64,000 nt of DNA, taken from assembly GCF_963921235.1 (NCBI RefSeq), contig NC_086105.1, positions 98,332,001 to 98,396,000 on the forward strand, written 5' to 3'. Positions 49,152-61,281 of this stretch are shown piece after piece. Origin of the DNA: Mobula hypostoma. Taxonomy: Eukaryota. A program made the translations under genes and the position numbers. Each line of letters opens with the position of its first letter. Position 1 is the first letter of the stretch. The notes beneath the pieces are model-generated. The model had not been told where the DNA came from. It did not search any database and worked only from the letters and a program-made list of their open reading frames with translations.

Positions 49152-49780
49152 CAAACAAACAATCTCCGAGATATAATATACATCAAAGTTGCTGGTGAAC
49201 GCAGCAGGCCAAGCAGCATCTATAGGAAGAGGCGCAGTCGACGTTTCCTATAGATGCTGCTTGGCCTGCTGCATTCACCAGCAACTTTGATGTATGTTGC
49301 TTGAATTTCCAGCATCTGCAGAATTCCTGTTGTTTCCGAGATATAATAGTGGCCAAAGAACCTAGGGTAATGGATGAACTGAAGGAAATTTATATTAGGC
49401 AGGAAATGGTGTTGGATAGACTGTTGGGTCTGAAGGCTGTTAAGTCCGCAGGACCTGATGGTCTGCATCCCAGGATACTTAAGGAGATGGCTTTAGAAAT
49501 CGTCGATGCATTGGTAATCATTTTCCAATGTTCTATAGATTCAGGATCAGTTCCTGTGGATTGGAGGGTGGCTAATGTCATCCCTCTCTTCAAGAAGGGA
49601 GAAAGAGAGAAAACAAGGAATTATAGACCGGTTAGCCTGACGTCGGTGGTGGGAAAGATGCTGGAGTCAATTATAAAAGATGAAATTATGACATATCTGG
49701 ATAGCAGAAACAGGATCAGTCCGAGTCAGCATGGATTTACGAAGGGGAAATCGTGCTTGACTAATCATCTGTAATTTTTT
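49152..49780 (+). mobile_element. CR1 LINE ORF2 fragment, ending at the assembly gap
   Basis: KSAGPDGLHPRILKE, WRVANVIPLFKKG, NYRPVSLTS and QHGFTKGKSCLTN motifs. Confidence 0.92.
49179..49334. mobile_element. Compact Penelope-derived hairpin insertion with 14-bp TSD
   Basis: TSD TCCGAGATATAATA at 49165-49178 and 49335-49348; ~50-bp near-perfect inverted arms. Confidence 0.82.
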
Positions 49781-50129
49781 NNNNNNNNNNNNNNNNNNNN
49801 NNNNNNNNNNNNNNNNNNNNNNNNNNNNNNNNNNNNNNNNNNNNNNNNNNNNNNNNNNNNNNNNNNNNNNNNNNNNNNNNNNNNNNNNNNNNNNNNNNNN
49901 NNNNNNNNNNNNNNNNNNNNNNNNNNNNNNNNNNNNNNNNNNNNNNNNNNNNNNNNNNNNNNNNNNNNNNNNNNNNNNNNNNNNNNNNNNNNNNNNNNNN
50001 NNNNNNNNNNNNNNNNNNNNNNNNNNNNNNNNNNNNNNNNNNNNNNNNNNNNNNNNNNNNNNNNNNNNNNNNNNNNNNNNNNNNNNNNNNNNNNNNNNNN
50101 NNNNNNNNNNNNNNNNNNNNNNNNNNNNN
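49781..50129. other. Assembly gap (N run)
   Basis: Continuous run of N. Confidence 1.
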
Positions 50130-51104
50130 GTGAGGCCAGTGTGGGGAATAGAGGAATAGGGGAGGGAAAAGATTCCCTGCATCTCCCCTCTCACTTCTCA
50201 CAGGAATTCTTTCCATTATTGCAATATACCCTCAGTGTCGCACTGGTGACCCTGTCAATCCCTAGTAATGTAGCACTCCTTCAGTACAGCCCTGGACAGC
50301 CCACTAGCAGTTCAGCACTCCCTCAGATATGTGCTGCTGGATTATCTGACAATACTCCACTCCTTTTTCACTGCGTGCAGCACTTCCCCATTCTTCGTGT
50401 CTGACTGGTAAACAAATAACAATGAGTTACATATATCAGGGTGACACCCTCACCTCCACTGCCGTCTCTCACTGGTAATGTTAATGCAGGTGGTTCTTTA
50501 TTTTTACTGGATGGGTACCTTGAATGGGCTAGTTTTCCGATGAGTAGACTCTGTATATATCCACTGGAATTTGAACGAATAAGAGGGGCCTTGACTGAAA
50601 TATACAGTATAAGATCTTCAAACCCGATCACAGAATATCTGTGGGGACCTGACATGGGTCTGAATGAAGGATGCCAACCAGAAACTGCCTATTTCCATCT
50701 ACAAATGCTGCCTGAGCCACAGAGTTCCTCCAATCGTTTGTTTATTGCTCTTGACAGGGGTGAGTGTGACATTGATGGATGAACCAGGGCTAGTGTTTAA
50801 GTATAAAGGTTTCCCTTTTAAGGTAGAGAGGAGGCATTTCTTCTTTTCCTCTCAAAGGCTTTTTCTTAAAGGACAGGAGAAACATTTTTTGTTTGTTTCA
50901 AAGAGGCTGAATAGTTGATAATCAGGGGGGCAAAAGGTTACCATGTGTAGGCAGAAATGGGGAGTTGAGATTACAGTCAGGGCAGCTGTGAGGTCAGTGA
51001 ATAGCAGAGAAGGCTGACGTGATCAATTGGCCTCATGCTGCTCATAATTTGCATATTTGGATGTGTTCTTGTTTCATTCAGCAATGCCCTACTCAGTGTT
51101 CAGT

Positions 51105-51543
51105 GTTCGTCCATCGTCAGTGTCGATGAGGACCTTGACACCATTATGATGGTGTCGAGACTAGCGCGTGATTTGGATTTAAGTGAGGGAGAGTTGCGCA
51201 GCGTCAGCCTCACTCTCTCTTCCCAATTCCCATCTGGATCCAGCGGCAAGACGAGAGTCGAGACTGCTGGAGATGGGACTAGGCGTAGTGGATGACCTTC
51301 TGTGTCTAGTCCTGCTCTACATGTTCCACGACACTTGCAGAGACCGCCTTCTTGACCGTTGGACCTTCCATTGGTCTCGTCCGCTCAATCCGCCGGAGTC
51401 TGTCTTCACATGCTGGGATAGACAACTCCCTATCTCACCGAGGGTTTGAGACCCGTCGGCTACCCTCACCTGGTTTAGCCGGCTTGTCGAAGCCGTTGCC
51501 CGGGGTGTGGTTGCTGTCACATGCAAACAGCTACGGGGAGCCC
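51105..51543 (-). mobile_element. CpG-rich non-coding retroposon, probably RTE-related
   Basis: CpG-rich block with a stem-loop near its 3' end (CTTGACACCAT-TATG-ATGGTGTCGAG); family assigned from recognition only. Confidence 0.5.
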
Positions 51544-51646
51544 TACTACCGTGTCTCAAAAGGCAATAAAAACCGTTTCTAAAGTCATTCAATGCACAGA
51601 ACTCTTTGCAATGACTGCTCAACACTTTCATCAGGCCAGCTGACCA

Positions 51647-51666
51647 GAGCACCCCCTAGTGGCAGG
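51647..51666 (-). promoter_or_regulatory. Candidate CTCF binding motif
   Basis: Minus strand GCCACTAGGGGGTGCT is close to the CTCF core CCAC(C/T)AG(A/G)GGGC. Confidence 0.4.
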
Positions 51667-52136
51667 TTATGACTTGCCCTACTTCACTCAAAGTTGCAGT
51701 CTCCCTCAATCACATTCCATGCATAAGATACACAAACCCTCAAGCTCACCAATACAAAACAGCCCTTACCTGACTGGGGCTTGAATGGAAGACTTTGTAA
51801 ATTAAAGTATTTGCTAGTCAGATTATAATAACTGTTCCTTGTTAACTCTAGTTTGTAGTGTAATTCTGTAATGCAGCATTAATTAAGAAATTAGTAGCAA
51901 CGTGCTGCACTTGGAGTGTGGTAAGATACATCAGTGGGAACTGGAGAAGGTGTGCATCCAGACTGTGGTGTTGTGTGTTAAATATATTAGTAATATTTGA
52001 ATGATATTGTAAATATATTGTTTGACTAAGCATTCTTTGTTTAAATAAATCATTATGATATATATATATAAAAGTACGTGAAAGGCATACATTATCAACC
52101 ACCATGTCATAAGTGTGTGCCTTACCAAAATAAAAG

Positions 52137-52590
52137 TCAGAATCAGAAACGGTTTATTATCACAGCATGTGTCATGAAATTTGTTAACTTAGCAGCGGCA
52201 GTTCAATGCAATACATAATATAGAAGAAACAAATAATAATAATAAATAAATAAATTGCTGTAAACATATATTGAAAAGATTAAACTAGTGCAAAAACAGA
52301 AATAATATATATTTAAAAAGTGAGGTAGTGTTCACAGGTTCAATGTCCATTTAGGAATCGGATGGCAGAGGGGAAGAAGCTGTTCCTGAATCGCTGAGTG
52401 TGTGCCTTCAGGCTTCTGTACCTCCTACCTGATGGTAACAGTGAGAAAAGGGCATGTCCTGGGTGCTGGTGGTCTTTAATAATGGACGCTGCCTTTCTGA
52501 GACACCGTTCCCTGAAGATGTCCTGGGTATTTTGTAAGTTAGTACCCAAGATAGTACCGACTAAATTTACAACCCTCTGCAGCTTCTTTG
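52137..52590 (-). mobile_element. Rex1/Babar LINE 3' end inserted in the LTR of element A
   Basis: KAASIIKDHQHPGHALFSLLPSGRRYRSLKAHTQRFRNSFFPSAIRFLN. Confidence 0.9.
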
Positions 52591-53510
52591 TGTAAACAAA
52601 ATTTACACGCATCGCTCGGTCTCCCTTGTTTTTTCTTTTGATTAGTTTTATGTTTTAGAATTACATAACATAACAGAAGCATCGAGAAAGTTTTAAACAA
52701 ACTTGAGATGACTACCTACCAGTTGAAGTACAGCAAAACGTTCGGCTTCCAAAAAACTGTAGCAAGACATTTGTACTTAGGTGCAGCAGGTACTTCTTCA
52801 GGAAGGGACAGAGATGCTCACGTTTCAAAAAAGGCAGAAAACAGACAAATTCACAGGTTCATAAACCATGAGTACCAAGTTACCATAATCATAAATGAAA
52901 ATAAATCAGAAATGACTGGCTACATCAGAAAGATAGACACATTTGTTTGCACAAGAAATAACTGGATGAAATAACAAGAAATAACAAGAAATAACATTGG
53001 GTAGCCTTGAGATTTATGAACGACAAGCAAAATGGTGTACACCAGGAGTAAAAAGCAAATTAATTTAAATGGAATTGTTCACTGGCTCAGCTGTTTTCAA
53101 TCAACTAAAAAATGAGTTTTATTGGCCAGCACTGAGGGAATATGATTGTTTGAGCCAACTACAACTTGATTGGAGATCCATCCACAATTTGCATGCCACA
53201 TCCACTGCAACAGAGTCAACCGAAAGTGATTTACTAGATGATGCCACTGCAATGTTCAAGGATGGCATTGGAAAGCTCAAATATATCACTATTTAACACA
53301 AATAGTGCTAAATGAAAATGCCACACCCAAGCTTTACAAAGCCCATCCGGTACCTTATATCATCTGTGATAAACTAGCCAATGAGTTTGATCAAATGGAG
53401 GCTTAAGAATTTCTTTCCAAGGCTGAGTGGGGCCCATGGGCAACATTAGTGGCCCTGGTAGCCAAGGCCTGTCAGAATCTGTGGTAATTTTAAGGTCACC
53501 ATAAACCCAG

Positions 53511-56500
53511 TGTAGATTTTCACAAATAAAATGAAGTGAAGCATTTTATATTTAATGAAATCTGTAACACATTTTATTGAAATTCAAAACCTAAACACAA
53601 AAGTAGGCTAAAAATCCTTACATAAGAATGTCATCACGTCAGACCAGCCCCTTAAAGTGACATCCCAATTCAATGCTGGTGGTTGTGAGTTATGTACGTT
53701 TCTCCCAATTATGTTACCCTACACAGGCCTCCCCCCCCCCCCCCACACCCAGAATTCACTAAAACTGGCATTGTGAGCCAGTCTGGAGCTAGGACCAACC
53801 GCCTGGCTCAGGTCCTGTTCAGATCCTATTTTTTACGGGGGGAGGAACAGCAGGTTTCTCTGGCTCATCCAGAGGTGTGTTGTCACGCTTATGGTCATGT
53901 TGTGATGCCAGTAGCATGGCAGTGGAATCCTCCAAATCTTGCTGGGGCAGTTTAAGGCGATCTACTGAAATACGTTCAGGTTTGCCCCTCTTATCTATGA
54001 TAAAAGTCTTTTCTCCCTATTCCAAAACGTGGAACAGACCATCATAACGGGGCCTAGGGAGATGTTAGTGTGCATCATGAAGTATGAAAACAAACAAGGT
54101 GGAATATAGGTCAACAGGTATCCAGTGATGCTGTACACCATGAAGGGGGGGTCAGAACAGGTGAAAAGGAATTGAATTTACTGGGAGTGGAATGCTGTTA
54201 AGAGGCCAACCAGCCGGTCGTGGCAACAGAAATGAAATCTCCTGGCACTCGTAATGGCTGCCTGTATACCAACTCAGCCCGCAGACTTCTGTAGGTCCCC
54301 TTTCGGAACTGTTCTGAGCCCCAACAGGACCCATGGGTCTGCGGCCATCATTGATGCTAGAGGGATGACCTCTGGCCACCTGGTGATATGGTCCACCATG
54401 GTAAGAAAGTGTGGAAACTGCGGGGGGGGGGGGTAACAGAACCAACAAGGTCCACATTGACATGGTCAAACAGTCTCTCAGGGACCTCAAGATGTGCCAA
54501 TGGTGCCTGATCATGACGGTTAATTTATGCCCGCTGGCACTCCACACAGCTGCAGTCCAATCACACGCATCCTTTCCGAAGCCGTGCCACACAAACTTTA
54601 GTGAAACCAGTTTCTCTGAGGCCTTGCAGCCCAGATACGAGAGGCCATGTATGGAGTCGAAAACAGTCCATCGCAAGTTTGCAGGCACAATGGTGCAAGG
54701 GCGACCAGTTGAGACATTGCACAGGAGAGAAAACTCAACTTCCCAGAGCTTAATGTCAGCCAACGGCAGGCCCGTGACTGGTGTTCGGTAAGCCTGGACC
54801 TCTGGGCCAGTAGCTCGGTCAGCCGCCACGCCAGCAGAGTCAGCACCTACCATGCCCAAAAGCTCCTGTAGTTTTTTTGTAGTGTGGGGGTGGTGGGAAA
54901 TCCATAATAGGGGCTACTTTTGATGGGAGGGCTTTCATACCATCTGCTGAGATGCAATGGCCAAGAAAGTCAATGGCTGACGACCCAAACTGACACTTAG
55001 CAGGACTAATAATCAACCCGTGTTGGCTTAAGGGCTCGAAGAGTGTGCAGAGATGAGATACGAGTTTGGAGTTGTTCACACTGGCCACAAGTATGTCCTC
55101 CAGTTAAGCAAAAAGAAAATTGAAGTCCATCAGCCGTTGGAAATGCATCTGTGCTGCATTTTCAGTCCCAACACCATGCACAGAAACTCAAAAAGGACAA
55201 ACGGGGATATCACAGCCATTTAGTACAGATGGTAGCCCCTAACTAGGTCAACTTTGTGAAAAAATTAACTTCTTGGCTAAATGTGCCTAAAGGTCTTGGA
55301 TATGTGGGACAGGGAAATGATCAGAGGTCATTCGCTTGTTCAAGCATTGGAAATCACCACATGGGTGGCAACCACCATCGGATTTAGGGACCATCTGGAG
55401 GGATGAAGCCCAGGGGCTATTCAACCGGCGTACAATGCCAAGTCTTTCCATGTTGGCAAACTCAGTCTTCACAGCTGCCAGCTTTCTGGGTCCAGTCTAC
55501 ATGCACAGGCATGGACTGGTGTGCCAGTTGTAGAAATGTAGTGCTCAACCCTGTGTCTTGTGACTGTAGTGGAGAATGTGGGCTTGGTGAAGTTTGGAAA
55601 TTCACCCAGCAGTCGAGTAAACTCACATACAGTGTTGCAAGCCCTTGACAGAGTCATTGTGGGGAACTTAATGGGGGAGCAGGGTACCAACCCAAAGTCT
55701 TTGACATCCACAAGCGGGCAGTTCTTAAGATTGACAAACAGTCCTTGAGCACACAGGAAAGCTGCTCCGAGCGGACGTCTAGCCACTTTAGCCAGGACAA
55801 AGTCCCATGTGTAACGTCGTCCACCGAAGCAGATTATCACCCATTGTTTCACGTAAGTCTGGATCCTGCTGCCGTTGGCGGCCTCCAGCAAGGTTTTGCC
55901 AGTCTTTGCCTTTTCATCAATAGGCGATGCTGGCAGCACATTCACTTGAGCACCGATGTCACACAAGAAGCGTTGCCCTGAAAGGGTGGCTGTAATGAAC
56001 AGCAGACGACCCTCTGATGTCCCGATGCACTGGCCCTGACGAAGCTGCAAGATGGTCGGCACTTCCTAGCGTTCCTACCAAAGCAAGCGTGGTAAAAACA
56101 CTGTCCCGTTGTCTGTTTCACAGCCGTGGGCCACTTACGTTGGGAGCCTTGCTGAGGTTCAGAAAGGAGGAGGAATGATGCATGGCTGCCCGGCTGAGTG
56201 TGAACTATCAGCCATCTTAGCAAGCTCCCTATAGTCCTTCAGGGGTGCATTAGTGTGGGCTATGCAAACTCAATCAGGCATTTTAAATAAAGCAAGGATG
56301 GTGATTTCCCAGGAGAGACAGCATGTGGTCCATTAGCTCTGACCATCGCCGAGACCGGGTAAGCAGAGCAACTGTTTGGTGCACTCAGACATCAATAGTC
56401 CAAAAGTTGGTAAAAGGTGAGTTATCAGCGATCAGTATTTATCGTGTTCAGACAGGTGTTAAGCAGACTCACTACTCTGGCGGCCATGGAACTGCTGAGT

Positions 56501-59500
56501 GATGTTACCACCTGGTAAAATTTGGTGTTGTCGGTGGTGATTTCTGGCCTCAGCTTGTACAAACCAAGCGACGGCATTTTGCTCCCAAAACTCCAGCAGT
56601 TTCAAAGCGACTGTATGGTTGACGTGCTTAATAACTCTAGAATCAACCTAGAGTATTGGGGTCACCAATGTAAGTTTTTGCAAATAAAAGTGAAACAACC
56701 CAGTTTCTATGGCTGCTTAAGTCTAGAGAAAACAACCTCCAGCCTCGCCAAACTTTAGAGATTCAGGCACATTGAATCACACCCCAAACCTCGGTTTATA
56801 TGGATGCTGTGTCATTTGCTACCCTGTTACAAATTAATGCCACAAAATAACGGACAGCACACTGCATACAATTAAAGGAATTGTGTTTATGAATCTTAAC
56901 TAAAGGGTTAGTGAAGAATAACAAAAAGAAAAGGGCCCATTCTAATTAAACAGTCAAATGTTCATAAGTTGGAGCTCATCTTGAACTTCTCTGTCACTAA
57001 CGCGCTGGGCCCTCGGTCAACGTGAAAGCACACACCACCTTCCGAACGTCGCCTGCAATCCATCTTGAACAAACGGGTCTCCCACCGGATCGTATGCTAT
57101 GACCAGCTCTCCCTAGTGTCTCCTCTCTTCATCTCCTCTCGAACAAAACCTCCAAGGCCAACCTTATTGTCCTTCACCAAGAATAACCTCCCGCTAATTG
57201 GATGGCACGCATTCCACATCATCCCTTATCTTCAACAATAACCCAAACAGGCTGAAAGCAGAACAGCAGCTCTTACAGTGCCGCTAAATGAAATACGTAC
57301 AGCGTAACCGTAAAGATGTGATCCAGGGCATTACACTCTCCCCCCACCCCCCACCCCCCACCTCAAGTAGTCATGTCCTCATAACTTTGAAATAATTTGT
57401 CATCCTGTCATTAATAACACCATTTTCAAAGGAATTTTGTGATGTCAGAACCTCCAATTCATTTGTAAAGGGTAGTGACAAATCTCACTAGGGGGATAGT
57501 CGCAACCCTCTGTTCCCGGGGTGCTACACAGGCCAGCCTATCTCTTCCAGACCTCTGTAGCCCATCGTCTATACCTTCAGTTTCAGACACTCCTTGGGAT
57601 ACTTCTGGTCTACATGACGAGGGTTCCCCCTGTCTATTGTGCCTTCCGGCAACTCAGGCCTCTCTGCCACTGGGCTGAGCTCTACTTCATTCCCAGTTAC
57701 GTCAGAGCCCAGCCCCCCGCATGGTCCAGCTGCAAAGCGGCCTGTCCACAGATAGCTCCCCGATTTCACCTGCCCCAGAGATTGGGTATCTCTTCCTCAT
57801 TCAGTGGGGAGTTAGCAAAAGGCAGCATATACCACACCCCCATTTCCTCACCCTCTGAGTCCGTATCCTATTTAGGGGCGAGGGCCAGTCTAATCTTTCC
57901 TGCTGCTGGTTCTTCAGTCTCCCCACATCTCCGCAGAGTCCTCTTACTGGGTGTAGGGTCCAGGTCGGGCTCTGGGTCAATCCGCACCTCTTGTCCCAGA
58001 GGTAGAACGTGGTTCTGATGGAGAATCTTGACAGACCCATTCCCATCCTCTGGTTTCATGTGGAAAACTGGTACGTTTGGCATCTGACTCTCCACTACAC
58101 AGGGTGTAGCGGCCCTGTGGTCAGCCAACTTCTGCTTCCCAGGTAGCCTCAAATTCCTTATGAGAACTTTGTCTTCAGGGATGAATTGGGAGAACCTCAC
58201 CTTTTGATCATACCTCCTCTTATTTCCTTGATCCTGCTTGGCAGCCAAGACCTCAGCTAATTCATTTCAGCTCTCTTCTCATATCAGACACATACTTCAG
58301 ATGTCTTCTGTTTATCAGCCTCACACATGGGTATCTGATAATACCCTCTCCTCAAGTCCAGCACACTGAACCACGTCGCACCATTCAGGCAGGCCAGCGC
58401 ATCCTCGATTCTTGGGACTGTATGCCGGTCAGGGACTGTACACCTGTTCAGAGTCTGATAGTCCACACATATCTGTACCTTCCCATTCTTCTTCCTGGCC
58501 ACTACTATTGGAGATGTGCAAGGGTTTCTGGATTCAGTGAAGATCCCAGCTTCCTTCAACTTCTGCAGATGCTGCCGAGCATCCTTCACCTCTGCCGGTG
58601 CCAGTCACCGTGACCTTTCTCTGAACGGGGTGTCCTCTGTCACCTGGATGGTGTGGTGAGTGCTCTTGGAGCAACCCACATCAAACTCGCCAGTAGAAAG
58701 ACATCTTCCAGCTTCAACATCTTCTCTAGCAACCTCTTCTTCCAACCTCTAGGTACCGGGGAGTCCCCAAAGTTAAATGACTCGGCAGTCATCTTTCCTC
58801 TTTTCAGAGAGAGTTTCCCCCCGGCTCATCTCACAGGGACACTAGACATTACCGTCACCAGGAAGAGGTGCGCCATTGCCATCCCCCGCCTGAGGGTAAT
58901 CTCCTGCTCCGAAGTGTTCCTGACACTCACTGTCTTTTCTCGTCATCAGGGCACTGCCCCTCATCCAGCAACTGAGAGGTCTGTTCTGCCCAAGTCTCAT
59001 ACTCCTCTTCCCCTTTAGGGGTGGGCTTCGTTCCCCAGAACAGGCTGAGCCTACAATAGCTGGGACTTTGAAACTGGGTATTTTGCCATTTATTCACCAG
59101 GGAGGTAAGGGCTACCAACTCAGAATGTTCAGACCTCGCTGGAGGATTCAATAGACCCTCTACATCAGTCCACTCCTCCTCCTCACTCTGCAGAAATGAG
59201 AGCAATTTGTCTTTAAAGTCTCTGCCCCCAGCTACGGGAAATTCGGTTTCCGATTCTGCACGCTCGCCTTCACTCCCCTCCTCCTGGAAAGAATGGACAG
59301 CCCACGGCCCCCTCCCATCTCCTGGGACCCCAGTAGTACCAGGCAGTTCCACTGCCCTTACGTCAGCGCTAGTCTGAACTAGAACAAAGCCTTTACCCGC
59401 CATTTTATCAAACCTCCACTCCACCTCTGCAGCATCCATAACCACATATCGTAATCACTTTATTGGACAATAGTTTAGCACAGATTTAAACACACAATCC

Positions 59501-60404
59501 ACTGGATCAATGCTCAGGGCAATCACACAGCATCCAACAAAATCGATCCCAGATGACCCCCCCCCCCAATGAAACACCCCAGTTTCTGGGGTGCGTAAGT
59601 CTAGGGAACACAATCTCAGGCCCCACCAAACTTTAGAGATTCAGGGGCACTGGATCCCACCCCAAACCCCCTGTTTGTGTGGATGCCGTGTCATTTGCTA
59701 TCCTGTTACAAATTAATGCCTCAAAACAATGGACAGTACAGTGCATACAATTAAAGGAATTCTATTTATGAATTTTAACTGAAGAGTGAGTAAAGAATAA
59801 CAAAAAGAAAAGGGCTCTTTCTAATTAAACAGTCAAATGTCCACAAGTTGGAGCTCATCTTGAACTTCTCTGTCACGCTCGCGCTGGGCCCTCGGTCAAC
59901 ATGAAAGCACACACCACCTTCTGAATGTCACTCACAATCCATCTCAAACAAACGGGTCTCCCACCGGATCATATGCTACGACCAGCTCTCCCCAGTGTCT
60001 CCTCTCCTCATCTTCTCTCTAACAAAAACCCAAGACCAACCTTATTGTCCCTCGCCAAGAAAACCTCCCGCTAATTGGATGGCACACATTCCACATCATC
60101 CCTTATCCTCAACGATAACCCAAACAGGCTGAAAGCAGAACAGCAGCTCCTACAGGGCTGCTAAATGAAATTCCTACAGCATAACCATAAAGATGTGAAC
60201 CAGGTCATTGCAAAAGGGAGAAAGGCGTTTTATGTTTTATGAAACCGGTAACACATTTTATTGAATCCAAAACCTAAACACAAAAATGCGCTAAAAATCC
60301 TTACGTAACAACGTCATTGTGTCAGACAAGCCTCTAAAAGTGAAACCCCAACAATCTCAGTGGTTGTGAATTATGTACATTTTTCCCAATTACATTACCC
60401 TACA
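53511..60404 (-). mobile_element. Gypsy element B, CsRn1-like; LTRs at 53511-53723 and 56669-56690 + 60213-60404
   Basis: TSD CCAG (53507-53510 and 60405-60408); PBS TGGTGACCCC (tRNA-Trp-like); gag CHCC motif CFYHACFGRNARKCRPSC; protease FLCDIGAQVNVLP; RT SPWASSLQMVPKSDGG..CGDF. Confidence 0.88.
56691..60212 (-). mobile_element. Gypsy element C with PNMA-like gag, internally deleted; LTRs at 56691-57335 and 59570-60212
   Basis: About 645-bp direct repeats TG..CA; TSD AAAG; degenerate tRNA-Pro PBS TGGGG..TCATCTGGGATC; gag LSLFWGTKPTPKGEEEYETWAEQ..DDEKRQ; RT SPIVVARKKNG..CVDYQTLN..FSVLDLRRGYYQI; integrase C-terminus. Confidence 0.9.
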
Positions 60405-60495
60405 CCAGTACTGAAAGTAGATCAATACCCTGTGCACGGGATCGAGGATATCTTTGCAAACCTGTCTGGAGGAAAACACTTCAGTGAAGTGGACT

Positions 60496-61281
60496 TAGAA
60501 ACATAGAAACATAGAAGATAGGTGCAGGAGTAGGCCATTCGGCCCTTCGAGCCTGCACCGCCATTTATTATGATCATGGCTGATCATCCAACTCAGAACC
60601 CCGCCCCAGCCTTCCCTCCATACCCCCTGACCCCTGTAGCCACAAGGGCCATATCTAACTCCCTCTTAAACATAGCCAATGAACTGGCCTCAACAGTTTC
60701 CTGTGGCAGAGAATTCCACAGATTCACCACTCTCTGTGTGAAGAAGTTTTTCCTAATCTCGGTCCTAAAAGGCTTCCCCTCTATCCTCAAACTGTGACCC
60801 CTCGTTCTGGACTTCCCCAACATCGGGAACAATCTTCCTGCATCTAGCCTGTCCAATCCCTTTAGGATCTTATACGTTTCAATCAGATCCCCCCTCAATC
60901 TTCTAAATTCCAACGAGTACAAGCCCAGTTCATCCAGTCTTTCTTCATATGAAAGTCCTGCCATCCCAGGAATCAATCTGGTGAACCTTCTTTGTACTCC
61001 CTCTATGGCAAAGATGTCTTTCCTCAGATTAGGGGACCAAAACTGCACACAATACTCCAGGTGTGGTCTCACCAAGGCCTTGTACAACTGCAGTAGTACC
61101 TCCCTGCTCCTGCACTCGATTCCTCTCGCTATAAATGCCAGCATACCATTCGCCTTTTTCACCGCCTGCTGTACCTGCATGCCCACTTTCAATGACTGGT
61201 GTATAATGACACCCAGGTCTCGTTGCACCTCCCCTTTTCCTAATCGGCCACCATTCAGATAATAATCTGTTTTCCTGATTT
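60496..61281 (-). mobile_element. Young 5'-truncated CR1 LINE inserted in the RT of element A
   Basis: Intact C-terminal reading frame [46 protein letters not shown]; (TTTCTATG)n tail. Confidence 0.93.

Noticed and set aside
49667-50216. ORFs spanning the N run
   Set aside because: Artefacts of the assembly gap.
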